Source: a virus. From it: a DNA stretch of 64,000 nt. This document shows, one piece after another, positions 36,459 through 43,558 of the stretch. The first letter of the stretch is position 1. Each line of letters starts with the position of its first letter. The translations under genes and the position numbers were made by a program. The stretch lies in the IMG/VR virus record IMGVR_UViG_3300020281_000010; one strand, written 5' to 3'. The notes below the pieces were generated by a model, which saw nothing but the letters and a program-made list of their open reading frames with translations, did no database searches and was not told the origin of the DNA.

Positions 36459-36782
36459 ATGAAGTTCATTTTTGCATTAATTGCTACAATGTTCTTGGCA
36501 CTGCCTGTCTATGCTGTAGATGTTACAATGGGAAGTGGCGGAAACCTAGTTTTCGAACCTAGCGATATTTCTATATCCGCAGGTGATACTGTTCACTTTG
36601 TGAATGGTATGTTGCCCCCACACAATATCATTGTCGAAGGTCGTGCAGATCTATCAAGAGAGTCACTTATGTTCTCTCCTGGTGAATCTCAGGACATCAC
36701 ATTCACTGATCCTGGTGACTATGAATTCTTTTGTGGTCCACATCAAGGAGCAGGAATGACTGGAACAATTCACGTAAACTGA
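36459..36782 (+). CDS. petE: Plastocyanin
   Basis: Signal peptide ending VYA, then V.MGSGGNLVFEP..I.I.AGDTV.FVN..LPPHN and Y.FFCGPHQGAGM.G.I.V with all four Cu ligands. Confidence 0.97.
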   Translation: MKFIFALIATMFLALPVYAVDVTMGSGGNLVFEPSDISISAGDTVHFVNGMLPPHNIIVEGRADLSRESLMFSPGESQDITFTDPGDYEFFCGPHQGAGMTGTIHVN

Positions 36783-37123
36783 TGACTCAAACACCAGAAA
36801 AACCATCTATAACAGATGTAACTAATTCCCAAAAAGATTGGGAAGATTTTTGGAACTCTGAAAATATCGACGCAGATTTTTGGATGCCCGAACTCGGAGA
36901 TGATCCTATGGCACATCGTTTCAAAGAAATTCTACCACATCATCCTACACGTGATGAAGTGGATGAAATGATCGAAGCAAAGATTCGGCGTCACAACCGT
37001 AACGCTTCGATGGTAAGTATGGTGCTCGGAATTATGTTCCTTGCAGCATTTGTAGATGGTTTTCTGAGAGTGATTGGAAAAATTGCACCTTTCTTAGGTA
37101 TAGACGTTTCTATTATGGGATGA
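36782..37123 (+). CDS. Hypothetical protein with a C-terminal transmembrane segment
   Basis: The ATG overlaps the petE stop. Hydrophobic MVSMVLGIMFLAAFVDGFLRVIG follows IRRHNRN. Confidence 0.7.
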   Translation: MTQTPEKPSITDVTNSQKDWEDFWNSENIDADFWMPELGDDPMAHRFKEILPHHPTRDEVDEMIEAKIRRHNRNASMVSMVLGIMFLAAFVDGFLRVIGKIAPFLGIDVSIMG

Positions 37124-37136
37124 TCCCATATTTTAT

Positions 37137-37316
37137 ATGCAAGACACCAAGTACAATATCCTCTGCCAAGAGGATTACAAATTGATTATCGACGCTTTAT
37201 GGAAGCGTCAACGTTGCTTCATCGCAGGCGATAGAATGTACAAAGAGTACGGTAGTCTAATTAACGAGATGGAACGCAGACAAAGTTCTGCTATTCCAAG
37301 GAGAGTTTGGGAATGA
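37137..37316 (+). CDS. Small hypothetical protein (59 aa), missing from the ORF track
   Basis: Read by hand: MQDTKYNILCQEDYKLIIDALWKRQRCFIAGDRMYKEYGSLINEMERRQSSAIPRRVWE. Fills the gap before PTOX exactly. Confidence 0.7.
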   Translation: MQDTKYNILCQEDYKLIIDALWKRQRCFIAGDRMYKEYGSLINEMERRQSSAIPRRVWE

Positions 37317-37319
37317 CCT

Positions 37320-37829
37320 ATGAAAACTCTAAACAAAATAACGCTTGACGTTACTATCACAATTATTGACTTCCTCTACAGAGGTCGTCACTTTCCAAGA
37401 TTTTGGGTGCTTGAGGAGATCGCTCGGGCACCCTATTTTGCTTTTTTGAGCGTACTGCATTTAAGAGAATCTCTGGGACTTCGAACAGAATCCCACTTCT
37501 ATTTGATGAGAGAACACTTCGAACAGTCAGTCAATGAAACAGAACATCTTGTTTATATGGAATCTAGGGGTGGTAATTCTTATTGGATTGATCGTTTTGT
37601 TGCCCGACATCTGGTACTTATCTATTATTGGGTTAACGTGGTTTACTATTGGTTATTTCCTGTCTCTGCCTATCATCTCTCGTACCTGATTGAGAAGCAC
37701 GCTGCTGAAACTTACCGTAAGTATTTGGCATTTGTGGATGGTCAGGATACCAAGATAGAAGAGATTATGCAGGATGAAATCAATCATTCAAATGAACTAC
37801 ATAAAGCAATGGAACTGATTTTACAATGA
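37320..37829 (+). CDS. ptoX: Plastoquinol terminal oxidase (PTOX, AOX family di-iron)
   Basis: RFWVLEEIARAPYFAFLSVLHLRESLG, NETEHL..ME..GG, IEKHA.ETY and DEINH di-iron motifs. Confidence 0.95.
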   Translation: MKTLNKITLDVTITIIDFLYRGRHFPRFWVLEEIARAPYFAFLSVLHLRESLGLRTESHFYLMREHFEQSVNETEHLVYMESRGGNSYWIDRFVARHLVLIYYWVNVVYYWLFPVSAYHLSYLIEKHAAETYRKYLAFVDGQDTKIEEIMQDEINHSNELHKAMELILQ

Positions 37830-38848
37830 GAGTAGGACTAATAGGTCTAGGTCGTATGGGCGAGGGTATGTCTCGTCGTATGATGAAAGATGGTATCGAG
37901 GTTTGGGGTTACAGACGTAACTACGAGAAGGCACAAGAAGCGTATGAAAAAGGATACGTGGACGGTGTTGCTGTTGACATTGATTCTCTCGTATCACAAG
38001 TAAAACAAGGTGGTTCACCTGGCATCTTTATGATGGTTGTGCCTGCCGAAACAGTTGAGGAGACACTAAATGAGTTACTACGGTTTTGTAGTGAGGGAGA
38101 TATTATTATTGATCACGGCAATAGTAATTTTAAGGACAGTCGTAAAAGAGCAGAGCGCCTTGAAAAATTGGGCATCCAATATATTGACTGTGGTACTAGT
38201 GGTGGTGTCTTTGGTTTGGAGCGTGGATACTGTCTTATGGTTGGTGGTACAACTACAGCAGTATCTGTGTGCTCCCCCATTTTCCGCGCTCTTGCACCAG
38301 GGATGTCCGCTGCGCCCAGAACAGATAAATGGTCTAAGGCAACCAGTCCTGAATTCGGGTGGTTACATTGTGGATCTTCTGGCGCAGGTCATTTCGTGAA
38401 GATGGTTCACAATGGTGTTGAGTATGCAATGATGCAAGCATACGCTGAAGGATTTAATATCCTTCACGAAGCAAACGCAGGTTCTAAGTATGTCAAGGAA
38501 GGTGATGCTGAGGTCGCTCCTATGGAGCATCCAGAAGATTATTGCTATGACATTGACGTTGCTGAAGTTGCTGAGTTATGGCGTCGTGGTAGCGTGGTTG
38601 GTTCTTGGTTGCTTGACCTTACCGCTGATGTACTACGCGGCGATCACGAACTTAGCAAATTCGATGGGGGAGTATCAGACAGTGGTGAAGGTCGTTGGAC
38701 TGTTCACGCTGCTGTGGATCTTGGGGTACCCACTCCTACGATCAGTACAGCACTCTTTGAAAGATTCTCATCAAGAAAATTGAATGATTTTGCTAACAGA
38801 TGTCTTAATGGTATGAGGTATATGTTTGGAGGTCACAATGTTAGGTAA
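37826..38848 (+). CDS. gnd: 6-phosphogluconate dehydrogenase (short, decarboxylating)
   Basis: GLIGLGRMG, IIDHGNS, DCGTSGG, GHFVKMVHNGVEY and VSDSGEGRWT. Confidence 0.97.
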   Translation: MRVGLIGLGRMGEGMSRRMMKDGIEVWGYRRNYEKAQEAYEKGYVDGVAVDIDSLVSQVKQGGSPGIFMMVVPAETVEETLNELLRFCSEGDIIIDHGNSNFKDSRKRAERLEKLGIQYIDCGTSGGVFGLERGYCLMVGGTTTAVSVCSPIFRALAPGMSAAPRTDKWSKATSPEFGWLHCGSSGAGHFVKMVHNGVEYAMMQAYAEGFNILHEANAGSKYVKEGDAEVAPMEHPEDYCYDIDVAEVAELWRRGSVVGSWLLDLTADVLRGDHELSKFDGGVSDSGEGRWTVHAAVDLGVPTPTISTALFERFSSRKLNDFANRCLNGMRYMFGGHNVR

Positions 38849-38940
38849 TGTCTTACTATGGACATCAGTACCCTTTGTATGTGCCACCCTCGCATTTGCT
38901 AGATATAGGGGTGAAATATCGTATTATGAATCATCAGACT

Positions 38941-40290
38941 ATGAAGGAAACGGAACCGCTCACTAAAGGCATTGTAATTTTTGGTGCTACTGGTGACCTT
39001 TGTAAGAAAAAGTTAATTCCCGCACTCTACAAACTATGGGAAAAAGAATTGCTGCCAGATCACTTCGTTATCACAGGTGCAGCACGACGAGTGAGGACAA
39101 CACAACAATGGATTAAAAGTCTGGGTATGGAATATCCAGAAGAGTTCTGCAGGATGTTGGACTATCAATCGTGTGATCTGGAGCACGTCGAGTCCCTACA
39201 AAAATTACCAAATTATTTGGATGATAACACCTACTTCCTTTCTGTACCACCAGAGCGTTACGAAAGTGCGATCACTAATCTCAAAGATGCAGGTTTACTT
39301 GAAGACCCCGATCAAAGTCGATTGGTTATCGAGAAACCCTTTGGGCACGATTATAAATCTGCTGATCGTTTACAGTCTGTGGTGGAGCGATCTTTACGCG
39401 AGAAACAAGTTTATCGCATTGACCATTATCTTGGCAAAGATACTGTTAACAATATACTTGCTACTCGATTCAGTAATATACTTCTCGAACCACTTTGGAA
39501 TAGGAATTACATAGAAGAGGTACAGATCTTTGCAACTGAAACTATCGGTTGTGATGGTCGTGCACAATACTATGACACAGCAGGTGCTGTCAGAGATATG
39601 CTGCAGAATCATATGATGCAGTTACTTGCTCTGATTGCAATGGAACCTCCTTGTCGTTTGAGTTCTACAGAGATTCGTAGAGAGAAGACAAAGGTTCTTG
39701 CTGCTGCACGTCTGGGTCAGAAGTTGGTTCTTGGTCAATATATTGGATACCAAGATGAAGAGGGTGTTGCACAACACACTAAAACACCAACGTTTGCCTC
39801 TGGCGATATTTACATTGATAACTGGAGATGGCAGGGTGTTCCTTTCTACTTTATGACTGGTAAGAAGATGCCTTATCAGTGTGTAGAGATCGTTATCAAA
39901 CTCAAAGAACCACCTCAGGTTCTATTCGAAGGACATAAATTTAATGATCGTATTGTAATCAGACTACAACCAACACCACACTTGGATATTCGTATGGATA
40001 TGAAAGCACCAGGTTTGGGTGAAGAGGTTGAGACTGCTACATTGACTCATCCATATCCAACAGAGAACTCTATTGATGGATATGAGAGATTGTTGTTTGA
40101 AGCAATCAATGGCAATCAATCACACTTTGTACACGCAGAGGAGATCATTGAGTCTTGGCGTATTGTGGATGATTTGATTTGTACTGGTGAGAAATGTCCT
40201 ATCCGTACTACACCTTACATCTATCATCAGGGTTCTTGGGGTCCACAACACAAGACAGAGTTTATTACTAACTGGGATTATCCACAATGA
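38941..40290 (+). CDS. zwf: Glucose-6-phosphate 1-dehydrogenase
   Basis: IFGATGDLCKKKLIPALY, EKPFG, YRIDHYLGK, RDMLQNH and RWQGVPFY..TGK. The start is uncertain (in-frame ATGs at 38848, 38926 and 38941). Confidence 0.97.
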   Translation: MKETEPLTKGIVIFGATGDLCKKKLIPALYKLWEKELLPDHFVITGAARRVRTTQQWIKSLGMEYPEEFCRMLDYQSCDLEHVESLQKLPNYLDDNTYFLSVPPERYESAITNLKDAGLLEDPDQSRLVIEKPFGHDYKSADRLQSVVERSLREKQVYRIDHYLGKDTVNNILATRFSNILLEPLWNRNYIEEVQIFATETIGCDGRAQYYDTAGAVRDMLQNHMMQLLALIAMEPPCRLSSTEIRREKTKVLAAARLGQKLVLGQYIGYQDEEGVAQHTKTPTFASGDIYIDNWRWQGVPFYFMTGKKMPYQCVEIVIKLKEPPQVLFEGHKFNDRIVIRLQPTPHLDIRMDMKAPGLGEEVETATLTHPYPTENSIDGYERLLFEAINGNQSHFVHAEEIIESWRIVDDLICTGEKCPIRTTPYIYHQGSWGPQHKTEFITNWDYPQ

Positions 40291-40502
40291 ATCTAGTTCT
40301 CAGGACTCACGAAGACTACGGTGATCCTGTATGGGGAGTTATTATTATGCTTCTAATACTCCTCATAATCGTCACTTGGTATATCGTCTATATACTAAAA
40401 GAATCATTCAAGGAACTGGAAGATGATCCCCCCGAGTCGGAAGAGTTGCTACAACTTCAGAGTAGTAGAGATCAACAGAGTTCTGGACGGAGACACGATT
40501 GA
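40287..40502 (+). CDS. Small single-pass membrane protein
   Basis: ATGA overlap with the zwf stop. Hydrophobic VWGVIIMLLILLIIVTWYIVYIL. Confidence 0.65.
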   Translation: MNLVLRTHEDYGDPVWGVIIMLLILLIIVTWYIVYILKESFKELEDDPPESEELLQLQSSRDQQSSGRRHD

Positions 40503-40875
40503 TGTAACAATCGATCTCGGTTTTGATCTATATAAAAAAGAGCGAGTAAGAATCGCGGGTGTTGACACCCCTGAGAAGAGGACTCGTAACTTAGAAGAGA
40601 AAGCACTTGGAATTGACGCAACAAACTGGCTCAAAGAAAAACTGGAGTCAACTCTCTCTGGTGATGATCAGTTGTCTATTAGGACTGAACTTGTTGGTGG
40701 TGTCGGTAAGTATGGTCGCTTACTCGGTTGGTTATATGTCGGGGATGAAGATGTGTCCCTTAATGAGCAAATGATTACTGAAGGATATGCTTGGGCATAT
40801 GACGGAGGTACAAAACAAAAGGATTTCGAAGAACTCAGAGAAATCCGTAGATCTTATGGAACTTTAACAGAATGA
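40423..40875 (+). CDS. Thermonuclease (SNase)-like nuclease
   Basis: RVLDGDTIDV.IDLGF...RVRIAGVDTPE and GKYGRLLGWLY...SLNEQMI.EGYA..YDGG.K. Confidence 0.9.
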   Translation: MIPPSRKSCYNFRVVEINRVLDGDTIDVTIDLGFDLYKKERVRIAGVDTPEKRTRNLEEKALGIDATNWLKEKLESTLSGDDQLSIRTELVGGVGKYGRLLGWLYVGDEDVSLNEQMITEGYAWAYDGGTKQKDFEELREIRRSYGTLTE

Positions 40876-41075
40876 GAAAGGAACTTATCGAGGCAGTTAA
40901 ACTACACGCCTTAGGAAACATTGAAAAACATAAGATGAACGTAGAGGTTTATCTTGCTAACCCTGTCGGTATCGGAGAGCATCCTGATATTATGGCAGCA
41001 ATCGAAAGTGAGTTGGATCAGATCTCACACTACCACGATCAACTAGAGGTACTAGAAAAATACATCGAAAAATAA
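40872..41075 (+). CDS. Conserved-type hypothetical protein (NP.GIGEHPD motif)
   Basis: ATGA overlap with the upstream stop. EVYLANPVGIGEHPDIMAAIE.EL pattern. Confidence 0.75.
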   Translation: MRKELIEAVKLHALGNIEKHKMNVEVYLANPVGIGEHPDIMAAIESELDQISHYHDQLEVLEKYIEK

Positions 41076-41351
41076 ATGGAACCATACCCACTCCCAGTAG
41101 AATTTTGGTTTGTTCTACTGGGAATTGCTGTCTCTTTAGGACTACAAGCAATGCTTATACTCAAAGAGTATGGCGGTTACTCAAAAAGACCTAAGACAGG
41201 ACACCCTGAGATAGATGAACTCAAGGGTGGAGAGAAACTGATGTCTGTAAAATTCAGGGAGATAGAGGTTAGTAACGAGGAGTATGAAGGGTATCAAGAA
41301 TTAAAAGAACGTATAGATAGTTTGAAACGGAAAGAAGCAGATGAGTCTTGA
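41076..41351 (+). CDS. Hypothetical membrane-anchored protein
   Basis: N-terminal hydrophobic helix followed by KRP..GHPE....KGGE.LM.V.F. Abuts both neighbours. Confidence 0.7.
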   Translation: MEPYPLPVEFWFVLLGIAVSLGLQAMLILKEYGGYSKRPKTGHPEIDELKGGEKLMSVKFREIEVSNEEYEGYQELKERIDSLKRKEADES

Positions 41352-42987
41352 TGCGTATCTAGGCAATCCCAATCTAAAAAAAGCAAACGTACCCACTAAC
41401 TTCACACCTAAACAGGTCAAAGAGTTTATCAAGTGTGCGGAGGATCCTATTTACTTTATCAAGAAGTACATTAAGATCGTGTCTCTGGATGAGGGTGTCA
41501 TTCCATTTAACTTGTATGACTTTCAGGAAACGATGGTCAACAGGTTTCACAATAATAGATTTAATATTGCAAAACTACCAAGACAGTCTGGTAAGTCTAC
41601 CGTGGTTACAGCGTACCTTTTGTGGTACGTGATTTTTAACGATAACGTCAATGTCGCAATCCTCGCAAACAAAGCAGCGACTGCCCGAGAGATGTTGGGA
41701 CGTTTACAACTCAGTTACGAGAACCTTCCTAAATGGATGCAGCAAGGTATTATTGGCTGGAACAAAGGGTCAGTGGAACTGGAGAACGGAAGTAAACTCC
41801 TTGCTGCATCTACTAGTGCTAGTGCTGTCAGGGGTATGTCTTTTAACGTCATATTTCTGGACGAATTCGCGTTCGTTCCGAACAACATTGCAGATCAGTT
41901 TTTTAGTTCTGTTTATCCTACTATCTCATCTGGTAAGTCTACCAAAGTTATTATCATCTCTACTCCACACGGGATGAATATGTACTACAAACTCTGGCAC
42001 GATGCAGAGCGTGGTACGAATGAGTATGTCCCAACAGAGGTACATTGGTCTGAGGTTCCAGGAAGAGATGCTGAATGGAAAGCACAGACTATCCGTAACA
42101 CAAGTGAACAACAATTCCGTGTTGAGTTCGAATGTGAGTTCCTGGGCTCTGTTGATACTTTGATCTCTCCAAGTAAGTTGAGAGTGATGACCTATGAGGA
42201 TCCCATTGAAAGACAGAATGGTCTCGATGTATTTCAGAAACCAGAAGAAGGACATAATTATACTATGACAGTGGACGTAGCGAGAGGTATTGATGGAGAC
42301 TACTCAGCATTTACCGTATTTGATACGACAACCGTACCATATAAATTAGTAGCAAAGTATAGAAATAATGAAATTAAACCCCTACTCTTCCCTGATATTA
42401 TTTGTCAGGTTGGAAGAGCATATAACCACGCTTACGTTCTTGTAGAAGTAAATGACATCGGTGGTCAAGTTGCAGATATTATACAATATGACCTTGAGTA
42501 TGACAATCTACTGATGGCAGCAATGCGTGGTAGAGCAGGACAGGTTGTCGGTCAAGGATTCTCTGGTGGTAAGGTACAACTTGGTGTCAAGATGTCAACC
42601 GCAGTTAAGAAGGTTGGTTGCTCTAATATGAAAGCACTGATTGAGGATGACAAACTATTGTTGTCTGACTATGACATCATTGCAGAACTAACTACATTCA
42701 TTCAGAAGGGTCAGTCTTGGCAGGCAGAAGAAGGTTGCCACGATGACCTTGCTATGTGTCTGGTAATGTTCTCGTGGTTGGCAGTTCAAGATTATTTTAA
42801 GGAACTCCACGATAACGATATTCGTGCTAGAATGTATCAGGAACAACGCGAAGCGATTGAAGCGGATATGGCACCGTTCGGATTTATGGATGATGGTCTC
42901 AGTGATGAGGCATTCGTAGATCCAGAAGGACAGGTCTGGCATACCGATGAATATGGCGATCGCTCTTATATGTGGGAGTACCGATGA
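41341..42987 (+). CDS. g17: Terminase large subunit gp17
   Basis: PRQSGKST Walker A, IFLDEFAF Walker B, IISTPHG, VDVARG, DYSAF and HDDLAM nuclease motifs. Normal length, no intein or intron seen. Confidence 0.98.
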   Translation: MSLDAYLGNPNLKKANVPTNFTPKQVKEFIKCAEDPIYFIKKYIKIVSLDEGVIPFNLYDFQETMVNRFHNNRFNIAKLPRQSGKSTVVTAYLLWYVIFNDNVNVAILANKAATAREMLGRLQLSYENLPKWMQQGIIGWNKGSVELENGSKLLAASTSASAVRGMSFNVIFLDEFAFVPNNIADQFFSSVYPTISSGKSTKVIIISTPHGMNMYYKLWHDAERGTNEYVPTEVHWSEVPGRDAEWKAQTIRNTSEQQFRVEFECEFLGSVDTLISPSKLRVMTYEDPIERQNGLDVFQKPEEGHNYTMTVDVARGIDGDYSAFTVFDTTTVPYKLVAKYRNNEIKPLLFPDIICQVGRAYNHAYVLVEVNDIGGQVADIIQYDLEYDNLLMAAMRGRAGQVVGQGFSGGKVQLGVKMSTAVKKVGCSNMKALIEDDKLLLSDYDIIAELTTFIQKGQSWQAEEGCHDDLAMCLVMFSWLAVQDYFKELHDNDIRARMYQEQREAIEADMAPFGFMDDGLSDEAFVDPEGQVWHTDEYGDRSYMWEYR

Positions 42988-43094
42988 GTGTAGAAACAAT
43001 GATGGGGTCCCTAGCGACGACACTATTCATCTTAGTGTTATTTTCGTTTGGATTCGTAATGGGTTATGCAGCGAGGAAAAGTGAAGAAGAGTGA
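42984..43094 (+). CDS. 36-aa membrane peptide, missing from the ORF track
   Basis: MSVETMMGSLATTLFILVLFSFGFVMGYAARKSEEE. ATGA overlap with the g17 stop. Confidence 0.55.
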   Translation: MSVETMMGSLATTLFILVLFSFGFVMGYAARKSEEE

Positions 43095-43251
43095 ACTAAT
43101 TCATTATCGCCTCCAAGCAATGCTCAGAGAAAATACCTTCAGCGATCTAGCATACTTAGGTGTTAGGGAAGGAGAGCATTGGTATAGTGTCGGTGGACAC
43201 GAGGTACCAGTCAATGCAATAGAAGAACTGGAACGAGCAGATGAGTCTTGA
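43081..43251 (+). CDS. Small hypothetical protein
   Basis: Probable GTG start (MKKSELIHYRLQAMLRE...), preceded by GAGG. Overlaps both neighbours. Confidence 0.65.
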   Translation: MKKSELIHYRLQAMLRENTFSDLAYLGVREGEHWYSVGGHEVPVNAIEELERADES

Positions 43252-43474
43252 AGATGAACTGAGTCTAGAAGCATTCCTATTCGTAGATAGACAGTGTAGG
43301 AAATGCTTGAGAACTCTGTCCCTGACTGATAATTTTTATAAGACACGTAAAGACAGAGGACAGAATCCCTCTGCATATTCGTATGAGTGCAAATACTGTA
43401 CTAAGAAAAGAGTAAGTAAGACAAGAAAGCAAAAACCTAAACTACGAAAGGAGTCTGACTATCCTGACTGGTAA
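43241..43474 (+). CDS. Small Zn-binding protein (C-x2-C...C-x2-C), like the N-terminal DNA-binding part of HNH/endoVII endonucleases
   Basis: RQCRKCLRTLSLTDNFYKTRK......YSYECKYC. No nuclease domain follows. Confidence 0.7.
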   Translation: MSLEDELSLEAFLFVDRQCRKCLRTLSLTDNFYKTRKDRGQNPSAYSYECKYCTKKRVSKTRKQKPKLRKESDYPDW

Positions 43475-43513
43475 TGTTCACGTTCCGTTTCCCCGCTTGA
43501 ACAGTAGGTTTAT

Positions 43514-43520
43514 CTAAATA
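43514..43520 (+). promoter_or_regulatory. gp55-dependent late promoter (CTAAATA variant) for g18
   Basis: Intergenic, about 39 nt upstream of the ATG. An AAGGAG RBS lies at ~43546-43551. Confidence 0.65.
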
Positions 43521-43558
43521 ATATCAGCAATAGATTGAGATTTTCAAGGAGCTAACCA

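Noticed and set aside
38848-38940. 31-aa N-terminal extension on zwf implied by the ORF track
   Set aside because: Recognisable G6PDH sequence starts at ...PLTKGIVIFGATGD, and closer in-frame ATGs exist at 38926 and 38941. More likely a start-calling artefact, though coupling to the gnd stop cannot be excluded.
43476-43502. Short inverted repeat TGTTCA...TGAACA upstream of the g18 late promoter
   Set aside because: Only 6 bp with a 14-nt loop and no U-tract, which could arise by chance.
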